A stretch of 64,000 nucleotides of DNA from Patescibacteria group bacterium. GTDB taxonomy: Bacteria > Patescibacteriota > Kazan-3B-28. The stretch is taken from positions 41,238-105,237 of the forward strand of contig JBAZNQ010000002.1 in the NCBI GenBank assembly GCA_041649135.1, given 5' to 3'. Positions 1-10,373 of this stretch are shown here, in pieces (the first letter of the stretch is position 1; each line of letters begins with the position of its first letter). The position numbers and the translations under genes were made by a program. The notes under the pieces are model-generated. The model did not search any database and was not told where the DNA came from. It saw only the letters and a program-made list of their open reading frames with translations.

Positions 1-1115
1 TCGGCACTGCTCAAGCTGCCGGCATTGGCACATACACCGAAGAGCTAGTCGGGAATCTTTTGAAAGTCGATCCAGAGGATCACTACACCGTCTTTGTTAC
101 TCACGCTACTGCGGCCGTGTTCCCCTTTTATGGTCCCAACCTTACTAAGCAAGCAGTTCCGTATCGGCACTATACTTACTCTGAACAATTTTTCTACCCT
201 CGGCTGTTAAAGTCTGCCAAGCTCGACCTCATCCATTACACCAATTTTAATACTCCCGTTTTCTTCCGCTCGATTAAAAGCATCGTTACAATTCACGATT
301 TAACTTTATGGTTTTACCCCGGTCGGAAACATCGCAGCCCATTTAAGCGGTGGCTCTATCGCTATGTGATCGCCCAATCTTGCCGCAACGCCGAACGGAT
401 CATTGCCGTATCTCAAGGTACAAAACAGGACATCATCAAATATCTTAATATTCCTGCTGACAAAATTGATGTGATCTACGAAGGTGTCCCCCCACGGTTG
501 AAAACGGTGTCTACTCCCAAGCGGATGGAGATGATCAAGTCCAAATACAACATCACCTCTCCCTTCTTTTTATATGTCGGTCAATGGCGGGCCCACAAAA
601 ATCTTGAGCGATTAATTCGAGGTTTCGCCATTTTTCGCCGCCGCTACAATCTTGATTACCAATTGGTCATTGTCGGCAAACAAGATCCTCTAGCCCCCGA
701 AGTCCCCGCCACTATCAAACAGCTTGGGTTGCAGGACGCGATTGTCACTACTGGCTATATCGCCGATTCTGATTTGGCAGATTTTTATAATGCCGCCGAA
801 GCATTCGTCTTCCCCTCACTTTATGAGGGGTTTGGCATCCCCCCGCTCGAGGCAATGGGCCAAGGTACTCCCGTTATTTCATCCAACGTTTCAGTCATGC
901 CCGAGGTGTTGGGTGATGCCGCGCTTTATTTTGACCCCTTGAATCTTGAGGACATTGCCGCTAAGCTGTATCAGTTCGCGACTAGTTTTCGAGTGCGACA
1001 GGAGTTAAAAGAGCGGGGGCTGGCTCAAGCTCGCAAGTACTCATTTGGTCGGATGGCCAAAGAGACTCTGGCGGTCTATCAAAAAGTCTTAAACCCTCCG
1101 CCTCCGCCGAAGTAA
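1..1115 (+). CDS. Glycosyltransferase family 4 (GT-B fold), 5'-partial; frame is open back to the window start
   Basis: C-terminal [20 protein letters not shown] / ALYFDP motif typical of GT4 retaining glycosyltransferases. Upstream in-frame sequence ([10 protein letters not shown]) has no stop, so the gene begins before the window. Confidence 0.8.
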   Translation, partial: GTAQAAGIGTYTEELVGNLLKVDPEDHYTVFVTHATAAVFPFYGPNLTKQAVPYRHYTYSEQFFYPRLLKSAKLDLIHYTNFNTPVFFRSIKSIVTIHDLTLWFYPGRKHRSPFKRWLYRYVIAQSCRNAERIIAVSQGTKQDIIKYLNIPADKIDVIYEGVPPRLKTVSTPKRMEMIKSKYNITSPFFLYVGQWRAHKNLERLIRGFAIFRRRYNLDYQLVIVGKQDPLAPEVPATIKQLGLQDAIVTTGYIADSDLADFYNAAEAFVFPSLYEGFGIPPLEAMGQGTPVISSNVSVMPEVLGDAALYFDPLNLEDIAAKLYQFATSFRVRQELKERGLAQARKYSFGRMAKETLAVYQKVLNPPPPPK

Positions 1116-1162
1116 AATAAAGATTGTTATACCTCAAGTTTTATTAGTTAAAAAGTCTAATT

Positions 1163-3172
1163 ATGAATTCAATTGATCTAGTGCTGACTACAGCTTTGAT
1201 CGCTGGCGGGGTAGCGGTGGTATATGCTCTTATCTTGGTTGGCTGGGTGATGAAGCAACCAACTGGTAATGCCAAAATGGTCGAGATCGCCCACGCAATT
1301 CAAACAGGAGCGGCGGCGTATCTCAAACGCCAGTACTTAACTATCGCTCTGGTCGCGATCATTCTAGCTATTATTTTATATTTTGCACTAGGTCTTATGA
1401 CCGCTCTTGGATTTTTGGTTGGAGCAATTCTTTCTGGTGTCGCCGGCTTTGTTGGGATGAATGTTTCGGTTCGGGCTAATGTTAGAACCGCCGCCGCCGC
1501 CAGTCGTGGGATCGCCCCTGCTCTCGACCTTGCCTTCAGAGGTGGTGCAGTTACCGGCCTATTTGTAGTCGGTTTGGGATTGCTGGGAGTAACTGGATTT
1601 TATTTGTTAACTCGGGATGTTAATGCGCTGATCGGATTAGGTTTTGGTGGTAGTTTAATTTCTATTTTTGCTCGGCTTGGTGGCGGCATCTTTACCAAAG
1701 GGGCTGATGTTGGTGCTGACCTAGTCGGGAAAATCGAAGCTGGGATCCCCGAGGATGATCCCCGCAATCCTGCCGTCATCGCCGACAATGTCGGTGACAA
1801 TGTCGGTGATTGTGCCGGAATGGCCGCTGACTTATTTGAGACCTACGCCGTTACGGCTGTCGCTACAATGGTTCTGGCCGCGTTATTATTTGCCGGCAAT
1901 CCCCTGTTGATCACCTTCCCGCTAGCGATTGGGGCGGTTTCGATAGTTGCTTCGATCTTGGGTACTCTGTTTGTCCGACTGGGTAAAGGTAAAAATATTA
2001 TGGGCGCGATGTATAAAGGAATTATCGCCAGCGCTGTATTGGCTGCCGGCGGATTTTACTTTATTACCCGCTATCTTCTGTCGAACGTTACTGGAATTAA
2101 TTATCTGAACATCTTTTACGCTCTATTGATCGGGTTGGTTGTTACCGGCTTGATCATCTGGATTACCGAATACTATACTTCCACTCGGTTCGCGCCAGTT
2201 CGGTCAATTGCCAAAGCTTCTGAAACCGGCCACGGTACTAATATCATTACTGGTCTGGCGGTCGGAATGAAATCTACTACTCTACCGATCCTAGTTATTG
2301 TTGCTGCGATTTGGGGTTCCTATTATTTTGCTGGTCTCTTTGGCGTTGCAATGGCTGCCATGAGCATGCTCTCGCTGGTTGGGATCGTTGTGGCAGTTGA
2401 CGCGTATGGCCCGATTACTGATAACGCTGGTGGTATTGCGGAGATGTCTAATTTACCAGAATCAGTTCGCCAAGTTACCGATCCACTCGATGCGGTCGGT
2501 AACACTACCAAAGCCGTTACTAAGGGGTATGCTATCGGCTCCGCCGCATTAGCTACGATCGTGTTGTTTGCCGCATATACCGAAGAATTAAAAAACATTA
2601 CTGGTGCCGTGCCCCAGTTTTTACTTGGCGATCCGAAAGTTTTGATCGGTTTGTTTATTGGCGGTCTGCTTCCCTACCTGTTTGCCGCGTTGTCGATGGA
2701 GACTGTCAGTAAAGCGGCCATGGCCGTTGTCAAAGAAGTGCGTCATCAATTTGCGACGATCCAGGGGATCATGGAAGGTACGGCTAAACCCGACTATGCT
2801 CGGGCGGTTGATATTGTTACTCGTGCCGCAATTCGGGAAATGATCATACCGGCTCTTTTGCCAGTCGTCGTCCCGATCTTGGTTGGTTGGTTGCTAGGCC
2901 CCATTGCTCTGGGCGGCGTTTTGGTTGGAAGCATTATTACTGGCTTGTTCGTGGCCGTTTCTATGACTACTGGTGGCGCGGCATGGGATAACGCCAAAAA
3001 ATATATTGAAGAAGGACATTTAGGAGGCAAGGGCTCTGCTGCCCACGCCGCCGCTGTTACGGGTGATACCGTGGGCGACCCCTACAAAGATACTGCTGGT
3101 CCAGCCATCAACCCGATGATCAAGATCATTAATATCGTGGCTATTCTAGTGGTGAGTTTCTTATTACGGTAA
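1163..3172 (+). CDS. hppA: Membrane-bound proton/sodium-translocating pyrophosphatase (V-type H+-PPase)
   Basis: 669 aa polytopic protein with signature motifs [27 protein letters not shown] and [18 protein letters not shown]. Confidence 0.95.
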   Translation: MNSIDLVLTTALIAGGVAVVYALILVGWVMKQPTGNAKMVEIAHAIQTGAAAYLKRQYLTIALVAIILAIILYFALGLMTALGFLVGAILSGVAGFVGMNVSVRANVRTAAAASRGIAPALDLAFRGGAVTGLFVVGLGLLGVTGFYLLTRDVNALIGLGFGGSLISIFARLGGGIFTKGADVGADLVGKIEAGIPEDDPRNPAVIADNVGDNVGDCAGMAADLFETYAVTAVATMVLAALLFAGNPLLITFPLAIGAVSIVASILGTLFVRLGKGKNIMGAMYKGIIASAVLAAGGFYFITRYLLSNVTGINYLNIFYALLIGLVVTGLIIWITEYYTSTRFAPVRSIAKASETGHGTNIITGLAVGMKSTTLPILVIVAAIWGSYYFAGLFGVAMAAMSMLSLVGIVVAVDAYGPITDNAGGIAEMSNLPESVRQVTDPLDAVGNTTKAVTKGYAIGSAALATIVLFAAYTEELKNITGAVPQFLLGDPKVLIGLFIGGLLPYLFAALSMETVSKAAMAVVKEVRHQFATIQGIMEGTAKPDYARAVDIVTRAAIREMIIPALLPVVVPILVGWLLGPIALGGVLVGSIITGLFVAVSMTTGGAAWDNAKKYIEEGHLGGKGSAAHAAAVTGDTVGDPYKDTAGPAINPMIKIINIVAILVVSFLLR

Positions 3173-3180
3173 CTAAATTT

Positions 3181-3396
3181 ATGGGGGCAGAAGAGATTGC
3201 TTTACCAGCCCAGCTTGTCCGAACCACCTCGGGAGATGAGGTTCATCTCAATGATGGTCAGATTTTAAAACTGTCTGCTCCCCTTGGTTGTGCCGATCAT
3301 CAGGAATTGGTGGTCGTAGTCTTGGCTAAACCGTATTACCAAACCAACAAGCAGGAGCTAGCCAAACAGTTACTTCAGGAAATAATTAAGGGATAA
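3181..3396 (+). CDS. Small hypothetical protein
   Basis: 71 aa ORF sitting between hppA and the VanW-family gene; no recognisable motif. Confidence 0.3.
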   Translation: MGAEEIALPAQLVRTTSGDEVHLNDGQILKLSAPLGCADHQELVVVVLAKPYYQTNKQELAKQLLQEIIKG

Positions 3397-3403
3397 TTAA
3401 GGT

Positions 3404-4852
3404 ATGCGCGCTATTTCAGCTCATCTTCGGATCAGCCTCATCTCTGCGCTGGTCCTTGTTGGCATAATTGGCTCCGGAATTTGGTGGACGCCAAATTGGG
3501 TTTATCCCGATCATGTCTTAGCGGGGGTCAGTCTGATGGATATCCAATTAGGCAAATCTACCCAAACCCAAGCCGCGGTGTTACTTAGCAATTTAAGCGA
3601 TCGGGCTAAAATTGATCCGATCGAATTACAATTTGAAGGACAGGTCTGGCAGATCAACCCCGCCAACTTTGACCTTCGAGTTGAGCCAGATCAATTGGCT
3701 GAAGTTGCTTTTTCGGTTGGGCGTCGAGGCGGTTTCAACCAACGCTTACGAGAAAATTGGAGCGCTGTTTTGGGTTTGCGCCAGTCCCTCTCGATCGAAG
3801 ATGAATCACTCTATAGTTTTGATCGTCCAGCCCTTACCACTGCACTCGCCGAAGTTAGCTCGGCTATTGATCAAGTGCGACGCAACGCAGTATTAAAAAT
3901 GAAAGACGATCGGGTAACTGAATTCTCCCCCGCTCAAGATGGTCGCGAGCTGGATGTTGATAAGACCATCGATTTAATTGCCGGCAGTATTTTGAGTAAC
4001 GATCGGAAGATCGATCTACCAGTCAAAATTATTCCCGCTACTACCAATTTGGCTGGCACCAATACTTTGGGGATTAATACTCTACTGGGTCACGGTGAGT
4101 CAGATTTTTCTGGAAGTCCGAGCAATCGGCGGCACAATATTAGTGTCGGCGCCGATAAGTTTGACGGAGTGATCGTGGAGCCCAATGAGACTTTTTCTTT
4201 TATCCAACATCTCGGTGAGGTGAATCGCGCTACCGGCTTTTTGCCAGAGCTGGTGATCAAGGGCGACGAAACTGTCCCTGAATTTGGCGGCGGCCTTTGC
4301 CAAGTTTCCACTACCGCCTTTCGTGGCATTCTGCGAGCTGGTTTACCAATAGTTGAACGGCGGAACCATTCTTATCGGGTGGTCTATTACGAACCAGCTG
4401 GTAGCGATGCGACCATCTATCAACCCTACCCCGATCTAAAATTTACCAACGATACTTCCGGCCACGTTTTAATTGACACTTATATCATCGGCACCAAACT
4501 CTATTTTGATTTTTATGGGACTGATACTGGTCGAACAGTTGAAATGGAAGGCCCGTATATTTTTAACGTTACCGCTTACCCCGAACCGATCTATATTGAT
4601 ACCTCTACTTTGCCCGTTGGTGAAACCAAACGGATCGATACCGCTCATCGCGGTGCTGATGCGGTGCTGTATCGCAAAGTCTTCCAAAATGGCAAATTAG
4701 TTAAAACCGATACCTTCACCAGTCACTATGTCCCTTGGCCAGCCAAGTATTTACGTGGAGCCGAGGACGCGACTAAAGTAGAGACAGATCCCAGCAACAT
4801 CTCTCCTCCAGTTTCAGAAACGGATCCCAGTTTATCCCCCAGTATTCTATGA
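3404..4852 (+). CDS. VanW-family protein (N-terminal TM anchor)
   Basis: Motif GGGLCQVSTTAFRGILRAGLPIVERRNHSYRVVYYEPAGSDATI matches the VanW/YoaR domain signature (G-GGG-CQ-S-T...); N-terminal hydrophobic helix. Confidence 0.75.
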   Translation: MRAISAHLRISLISALVLVGIIGSGIWWTPNWVYPDHVLAGVSLMDIQLGKSTQTQAAVLLSNLSDRAKIDPIELQFEGQVWQINPANFDLRVEPDQLAEVAFSVGRRGGFNQRLRENWSAVLGLRQSLSIEDESLYSFDRPALTTALAEVSSAIDQVRRNAVLKMKDDRVTEFSPAQDGRELDVDKTIDLIAGSILSNDRKIDLPVKIIPATTNLAGTNTLGINTLLGHGESDFSGSPSNRRHNISVGADKFDGVIVEPNETFSFIQHLGEVNRATGFLPELVIKGDETVPEFGGGLCQVSTTAFRGILRAGLPIVERRNHSYRVVYYEPAGSDATIYQPYPDLKFTNDTSGHVLIDTYIIGTKLYFDFYGTDTGRTVEMEGPYIFNVTAYPEPIYIDTSTLPVGETKRIDTAHRGADAVLYRKVFQNGKLVKTDTFTSHYVPWPAKYLRGAEDATKVETDPSNISPPVSETDPSLSPSIL

Positions 4853-5799
4853 TCCATTTTATTTTTGGTGCTGATACCTATCGGGTTAAAGCCCGCCTCA
4901 CTAGTTTGAAGGAGGAGTTTTTAACTACCGCGTCGGATTTTAATTTTCATCATCAATTGGCCGACGAACTTACTCTTGCTGATCTGCCTCAATTGTTTCA
5001 GGGAGCAACTTTACTGGGGGGGAATCGGCTGGTTATTCTAGAAGATATTTTTTCTGCCTCTAGTGAGATCAAAGAAGCTTTGGCAATGAGATTTAAAGCT
5101 GGCTTGCCAGAAGATCTGACTGTGGTAGTCGCATCACATGCCGACTTCGACAAACGGCAGAGCTTGTATAAGTGGCTATCTAAATCTGCCCAAGTTGAAA
5201 TGTTCGAGTTGTTGGCTGGCCAGCCATTATTGGATTACGTCACCAAGTTAACTACTCAACATCAGCTGACTCTGGCACCGATCCAATTACGCCAGCTCAT
5301 TGATCTTGCTGGCAACGATCTTTGGCAATTAGATAACGAACTTGCCAAGCTCGCCGCCTATTCTCGCTCCCATCCCATTACCGACGTAGTCATTAGTGAG
5401 TTAGTCGCCCGCGATCCCCAAGACGACATTTTTGCGATTATGGCAGCCCTAGCTGATCACCAACTGGCTCGTGCCAATCACCTAGTTGCCGATCTAATTC
5501 AGCGCGGCGAAGATCCAATTGGAATTCTGGCCGTCCTAACCTTCCAAGTTCGCACCTTGCTGCGAGTTTCAACTCTCGCCCAGCAACGCAAATCGTCAGC
5601 CGTGATTGTTCAAATCACCGGTTTACATCCCTACGCGGTTACTCGCTCTCTCGAACAAAGCCGGCAGTTTTCATTCTCCCGCTTGGCATCTATCTACCAA
5701 CTACTAGTGAAACTGGATTGGAAAATCAAACAAGGCGACCTCGCTTCCGATGACGCTCTTGATTGGCTAGTGGCTACCCTTGCGGGTGTAGCTACCTAG
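4849..5799 (+). CDS. holA: DNA polymerase III delta subunit
   Basis: 316 aa. N-terminus MIHFIFGADTYRVKARL resembles HolA (IYLLYGED...). 4-nt ATGA overlap with the upstream gene. Confidence 0.6.
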   Translation: MIHFIFGADTYRVKARLTSLKEEFLTTASDFNFHHQLADELTLADLPQLFQGATLLGGNRLVILEDIFSASSEIKEALAMRFKAGLPEDLTVVVASHADFDKRQSLYKWLSKSAQVEMFELLAGQPLLDYVTKLTTQHQLTLAPIQLRQLIDLAGNDLWQLDNELAKLAAYSRSHPITDVVISELVARDPQDDIFAIMAALADHQLARANHLVADLIQRGEDPIGILAVLTFQVRTLLRVSTLAQQRKSSAVIVQITGLHPYAVTRSLEQSRQFSFSRLASIYQLLVKLDWKIKQGDLASDDALDWLVATLAGVAT

Positions 5800-6035
5800 G
5801 CCGACTTTAATTTGCGAGCCAGCCTCGACTTTAGTCTTGCGGCTTTATTGCGATGGATCGTATTCCGACCAGCGGCTTTATCCAACGCCTTTTGGGCAGC
5901 TTTTAAAGTCTCCGCCGTTGGCTGGTCATTGGCTGCCCGCAAAGATGTTTTGACTGCCTTCCGACAATCCAAGTTCATCTTTCGTTTGCGCGCCGAACTT
6001 CGCATCTGTTTTTTGGCTGATTTGATAATTGGCAT
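5796..6035 (-). CDS. rpsT: 30S ribosomal protein S20
   Basis: 79 aa basic protein MPIIKSAKKQMRSSARKRKMN...RNKAARLKSRLARKLK, a classical S20 sequence. Confidence 0.9.
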   Translation of the reverse strand: MPIIKSAKKQMRSSARKRKMNLDCRKAVKTSLRAANDQPTAETLKAAQKALDKAAGRNTIHRNKAARLKSRLARKLKSA

Positions 6036-6251
6036 AACTTTACCTTAATCTTAACATCTCCCAACTTAAGCGTAATTGTGTGAGCTGTAAAGGATTTTTC
6101 TCACCAATCCCCAATTTGACAGCTCGTCTGCTTCGAGGTAAGCTGGCCTATCCGAGTCTCGTACTTGTCCCGTTAGAAATTTAGAAAACGGGCAACCTAG
6201 ATCGGGCTGAATCAGGATAATAGACTATAGCAAGCTAAAATTTCTAACGGG

Positions 6252-7463
6252 ATGGAACCAACCCCCAAACAACAAGCCGTTTCTTTTATCAACCGCGCGC
6301 AGCGGATTTTGGTAGTTCCCGGTCGTCCCGACGCTGATTCAATTGGTTCGGCTTTGGCATTGCAATTAGCGCTTCGGAAACTGAATAAAGAGGTCAGTAT
6401 CACCACTCTTGACCCAATCAATGCGCAATTAAACTTTTTGCCAGAATTAAACACCATCGCCAGTACCCTAACCGGCAGTCAGGATTTTGTCATTTCCCTC
6501 GCTAATGCCGATACCGAACCAGAGAGCTTGAACTACACTTTTGAAAACGGAACTTTAAATATTATCGTTACTCCCAAACACGGCGTTTACTCATCCGAGC
6601 AAGTTAGTTTTAGTCAGGGCGGATATAAATATGACCTGATCCTTACCGTTGATGCCGCCGATTTGACGCAACTGGGCGTAATCTATGAGCAATACCCGGC
6701 CCTCTTCCGCGAAGTGTCAGTGATCAATATCGATCACCATGCCACCAATAGTTATTTTGGCGCAGTCAATTTGGTTGATATGACGGCTACTTCCGCCGGC
6801 GAGATTTTGGTTGGATTGCTTGAGGCTCTCAATGTTGAGATCGATGCTGATATTGCCACCTGTCTGCTGACTGGCATTATTTCTGATACTGGTTCTTTCC
6901 AACACAGCAACACTACTCCAAAATCTTTGACCGTCGCGGCTCAAATGGTTGGCTTTGGTGGCCGTCAGCAAGACATCATTAAGTCATTATTTAAAACCAA
7001 AGACTACAGTACGCTTAAACTCTGGGGTCAGGTTTTGGCCAATCTCGAGTTTGACCCCACTCATCGTTTAGTTTGGGCGACCGCTGGCTATCGCGATATT
7101 GAGGCGGTCGGTGCGACTGCCGAATCCTTCACCGGTCTAATTGATGAGTTAATGACTAGTGTCCCCGGCGCAGAAGTGGTGATGTTGATCACCGAGCGCG
7201 AACCCAAAATAGTCTCGGGCAGTATTCGAACTTCACGGGGGGTTAGCTCGACCGAGATCGCAGAGTTGCTGGGTGGTGGCGGTCATCTTGGTGCAGCCGG
7301 ATTTAGGCTGATGGATATGACTCTTACCGAAGCAGTACCCTTAATTTTGAGTAAAGTTCGTCAGTATCAGATTGATCGGTTGGGACTAAACATCGCTCCT
7401 CCCTCCCCCACTCCTCCAGCAGAAATCGCTCCGGAAGCTCAAAATACTCTTCAGGAGGCTTGA
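6252..7463 (+). CDS. nrnA: DHH/DHHA1 phosphoesterase (NrnA-like bifunctional oligoribonuclease/pAp phosphatase)
   Basis: DHH motif (NIDHHATNSYFG) and DHHA1 motif (GGGGHLGAAGF). Confidence 0.85.
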   Translation: MEPTPKQQAVSFINRAQRILVVPGRPDADSIGSALALQLALRKLNKEVSITTLDPINAQLNFLPELNTIASTLTGSQDFVISLANADTEPESLNYTFENGTLNIIVTPKHGVYSSEQVSFSQGGYKYDLILTVDAADLTQLGVIYEQYPALFREVSVINIDHHATNSYFGAVNLVDMTATSAGEILVGLLEALNVEIDADIATCLLTGIISDTGSFQHSNTTPKSLTVAAQMVGFGGRQQDIIKSLFKTKDYSTLKLWGQVLANLEFDPTHRLVWATAGYRDIEAVGATAESFTGLIDELMTSVPGAEVVMLITEREPKIVSGSIRTSRGVSSTEIAELLGGGGHLGAAGFRLMDMTLTEAVPLILSKVRQYQIDRLGLNIAPPSPTPPAEIAPEAQNTLQEA

Positions 7464-7488
7464 TTATTTCTGACCGGTAGGGTATGCT
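7460..7488 (+). promoter_or_regulatory. Putative sigma70-type promoter of rpsO (TTGATT-17-TATGCT)
   Basis: TTGATT at 7460-7465, a 17-nt spacer, and TATGCT at 7483-7488, about 30 nt upstream of the rpsO ATG. Confidence 0.45.
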
Positions 7489-7517
7489 AGAAACCGTTTT
7501 TCAATTATAATCAACCC

Positions 7518-7787
7518 ATGACCAACAAGGCCGAAAAGAAAACTAAAATTATTGGTGAGAATCGCCGACATGACCGTGATACGGGCTCGGTTGAGGTTCA
7601 GGTAGCCCTTTTGACTACCAAGATCAACGATCTGACCGCCCATCTCAAAACCCACGACAAGGATTTTCATTCTCGTCAGGGGCTATTCAAGATGGTTGGC
7701 AACCGCCGCCGCCTACTGGCCTATCTCGAAAAAACCAATTTGACCGCCTATAACAATCTAATTAAGAAGTTGAAGATCAGAAAATAG
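7518..7787 (+). CDS. rpsO: 30S ribosomal protein S15
   Basis: 89 aa; [48 protein letters not shown] is a canonical S15 sequence. Confidence 0.95.
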   Translation: MTNKAEKKTKIIGENRRHDRDTGSVEVQVALLTTKINDLTAHLKTHDKDFHSRQGLFKMVGNRRRLLAYLEKTNLTAYNNLIKKLKIRK

Positions 7788-7798
7788 CAGCTTCGGGC

Positions 7799-7869
7799 AG
7801 TCAAGAGGTTGTCAGAAGTGAATCCAGGTTGATCGCTAATGTGTATTCACTCCTGACCTAGCTCTTGTC
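7799..7869 (+). promoter_or_regulatory. Long interrupted stem-loop in the rpsO-pnp intergenic leader (candidate RNase III processing/autoregulatory hairpin)
   Basis: Three stem segments are complementary: GTCAAGAG/CTCTTG, GTCAG/CTGAC and GTGAAT/ATTCAC (~17 bp total). The position is analogous to the E. coli pnp leader hairpin. Confidence 0.5.
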
Positions 7870-7904
7870 TCTCGACTGGCTCCTGATTTCGACAGAAAGG
7901 TCCT

Positions 7905-10055
7905 ATGTCTCAACAATTTTCTACTCAACTTGGGGATTCCAAGTTGATTCTCGAAACCGGAAAGATCGCTCAACTGGCCAACGGGTCAGTTACTTTGCGG
8001 TCAGGCGACACGGTCGTGTTAGCTACTGCTGTTGTCTCCCCGACTCCCCGCGAAGGGATCGACTTCTTTCCCTTACTCATTGATTTCGAAGAAAAATTTT
8101 ACGCTACCGGCAAGATCTCTGGTAGTCGGTTTATCAAACGGGAAGGTCGGCCTAGTGAGGATGCCATTCTCTCGGCTCGATTAATTGACCGACCATTGCG
8201 CCCCCTCTTCCCCAAAGGTTTCTATAACGATGTTCAAGTTGTGATCACAGTACTGTCAGCCGATTTAGTTAACGATCCCGACATTCTCGGCATCATCGCC
8301 GCTTCCTCTGCCGTTATGCAAACCGGAGTCCCATTCAAGGGCCCAGTCGCCGGTGTGCGAGTTGGTCGGGTTAACGGTCAAATGGTAGCTAACCCAACTT
8401 ATGAACAACGTGAAAGTAGTGATCTCGATTTAGTTATCGCTGGGACTGCCGATGCCGTCATGATGGTGGAAGCCGGCGCGAGCGAAGTTTCCGAAGAGGT
8501 TATGCTACAAGCAATTGAATTTGGCCATCAAGCTATTCAGCCAGCCATCAAGCTTCAACAGGAAATGGCTCAAGCCTTGAGTGTCCAAGCTATTGGGTTT
8601 ACTTCTGCCGAAACCTCGGCCGACCTTAAAACCAAGATCTTTGGCAAGGTTCAGCCGCAATTGCAAGACGTAATTTATCATCCAGAAAAGACGGTTCGCA
8701 ACGCCAAACTGGAAGCTCTTCGTCAAGAAATTTGGAGCGAGTTTGTTAGCGAAGAAAATCCCGAACTGGTAGTGTCAGACATTTTTAATAAAGCTATCAA
8801 TGAAGAGATCCGACGCAATATTTTAGTCGAGGGTCGTCGTCCTGATGGGCGCAAACTCGACCAAATTCGTCCCCTCTCGATTGAAGTCGGTCTCTTACCT
8901 CGGCCGCATGGTTCAGCCCTTTTCACTCGTGGCGAAACCCAAGCTCTTTCCACCGTTACCCTTGGTTCCCTTGATGACGAACAACTTTTGGACACGATGG
9001 AGTTTGAAACCACCAAGCGGTATATGCACCATTACAACTTCCCACCATTTGCTACCGGTGAGGCTAAACCTCTCCGTCAGGCCGGTCGTCGGGAAATTGG
9101 TCATGGGGCTCTTGCCGAACGCGCGCTTTTGCCAGTCATCCCCAACCGCGAAGCCTTCCCTTACACCATTCGAGTAGTCTCGGAAATTATGGCTAGCAAC
9201 GGCAGTAGCTCGATGGCCTCGGTTTGTGGTAGCACCCTATCTCTGATGGATGCTGGTGTACCGATCACCAAACCAGTTGCTGGTGTGGCGATGGGTCTGA
9301 TCGCTGATGGTGCCAACTACAAGATCCTTACCGACATCGCTGGGATCGAAGACTTTAATGGCGATATGGATTTCAAAGTCGCCGGTACCAAAGACGGTAT
9401 TACCGCTCTGCAGATGGACATCAAAGTCGCCGGTATCACGATCGCCGTTATGAAAGATGCCCTGTCCCAAGCCAACGTTGGTCGGATGTTTTTGCTCGGT
9501 AAAATGGCAGAAGTTATTGCCGAACCTCGCAAAGAACTATCTCCCTACGCCCCTCGCGTGATGGTGGTTAAGATACCCCAAGATCGCATTGGTGAAGTTA
9601 TTGGGCCGGGTGGCCGTGTAATTAATGACATTATTGATAAGGCCGGTGGTAAACAAGTTACCAACATTAATATTGAAGAAGACGGCAACGTCTACATTAC
9701 TTCTACTGACGCCAAGCTTGGCGAACAAGCCGCCGATACGATTCGCAATATGATGCGAGAAGTTGAAGTTGGCGAACAATTTACTGGTCGGGTTACTCGC
9801 CTGATGGACTTTGGCGCCTTTGTTGAGATCCTCCCCGGTAAGGAAGGTTTAGTTCACATCTCTGAACTCGCCAACCAACGGGTGGAAAAAGTAGAAGATG
9901 TGGTGAAGGTCGGTGATCCGTTAGAAGTTATCGTCACGGAAATTGATAACCTCAATCGGATTAACCTATCCCACAAAGCGGTGCTTAATGGCGGTAAGAT
10001 CACTCCCCGTCCGCCTCGTCCAGAACGAAATGACCATCGCCCCCCTCGTCGCTAA
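7905..10055 (+). CDS. pnp: Polynucleotide phosphorylase (PNPase), with Arg/Pro-rich C-terminal tail
   Basis: Two RNase PH domains (FETTKRYMHHYNFPPFATGE), then KH and S1 domains. The C-terminus GGKITPRPPRPERNDHRPPRR is an unusual basic tail. Confidence 0.97.
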   Translation: MSQQFSTQLGDSKLILETGKIAQLANGSVTLRSGDTVVLATAVVSPTPREGIDFFPLLIDFEEKFYATGKISGSRFIKREGRPSEDAILSARLIDRPLRPLFPKGFYNDVQVVITVLSADLVNDPDILGIIAASSAVMQTGVPFKGPVAGVRVGRVNGQMVANPTYEQRESSDLDLVIAGTADAVMMVEAGASEVSEEVMLQAIEFGHQAIQPAIKLQQEMAQALSVQAIGFTSAETSADLKTKIFGKVQPQLQDVIYHPEKTVRNAKLEALRQEIWSEFVSEENPELVVSDIFNKAINEEIRRNILVEGRRPDGRKLDQIRPLSIEVGLLPRPHGSALFTRGETQALSTVTLGSLDDEQLLDTMEFETTKRYMHHYNFPPFATGEAKPLRQAGRREIGHGALAERALLPVIPNREAFPYTIRVVSEIMASNGSSSMASVCGSTLSLMDAGVPITKPVAGVAMGLIADGANYKILTDIAGIEDFNGDMDFKVAGTKDGITALQMDIKVAGITIAVMKDALSQANVGRMFLLGKMAEVIAEPRKELSPYAPRVMVVKIPQDRIGEVIGPGGRVINDIIDKAGGKQVTNINIEEDGNVYITSTDAKLGEQAADTIRNMMREVEVGEQFTGRVTRLMDFGAFVEILPGKEGLVHISELANQRVEKVEDVVKVGDPLEVIVTEIDNLNRINLSHKAVLNGGKITPRPPRPERNDHRPPRR

Positions 10056-10056
10056 C

Positions 10057-10326
10057 ATGAGCAAGTTCATCTGCCATAATTGTGGAACTGGGAACTCTCC
10101 TGAATCCCTCTTTTGTGGTAAGTGTGCTACTTCACTCAAACGCGATCAACTCAAACGTCAGCGTCATTTGCACGTGCTCACTCCCCCACAAGATTTGGTC
10201 GATCGTCCCAGTTTTGCCCCGTCTACTCCAACCCCAACTTTTGCCTCTGCTGGTACCCTGATGATTGGTATGATAGTAGTAGTTACGATCATCATCGGGT
10301 GGATCTATCTCATGGCGTTTCGTTAG
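10057..10326 (+). CDS. Small zinc-ribbon protein with C-terminal TM helix
   Basis: CHNCG...CGKC zinc-ribbon motif at the N-terminus and a hydrophobic C-terminus (LMIGMIVVVTIIIGWIYLMAF). ATG at 10057 lies right after the pnp stop; the ORF-track start at 9943 would overlap pnp. Confidence 0.5.
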   Translation: MSKFICHNCGTGNSPESLFCGKCATSLKRDQLKRQRHLHVLTPPQDLVDRPSFAPSTPTPTFASAGTLMIGMIVVVTIIIGWIYLMAFR

Positions 10327-10373
10327 ACGTTCGGATCGTCAAGCAGTTGAGCAAAAGATATCCAATAATTCTT

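Noticed and set aside
1600-3030. Antisense ORFs (1600..1800, 2323..2598, 2794..3030) and one same-strand alternate-frame ORF (2658..2843) inside hppA
   Set aside because: Fully embedded in a confidently identified H+-PPase gene; their low-complexity Ala/Pro/Ser-rich products are typical out-of-frame artefacts.
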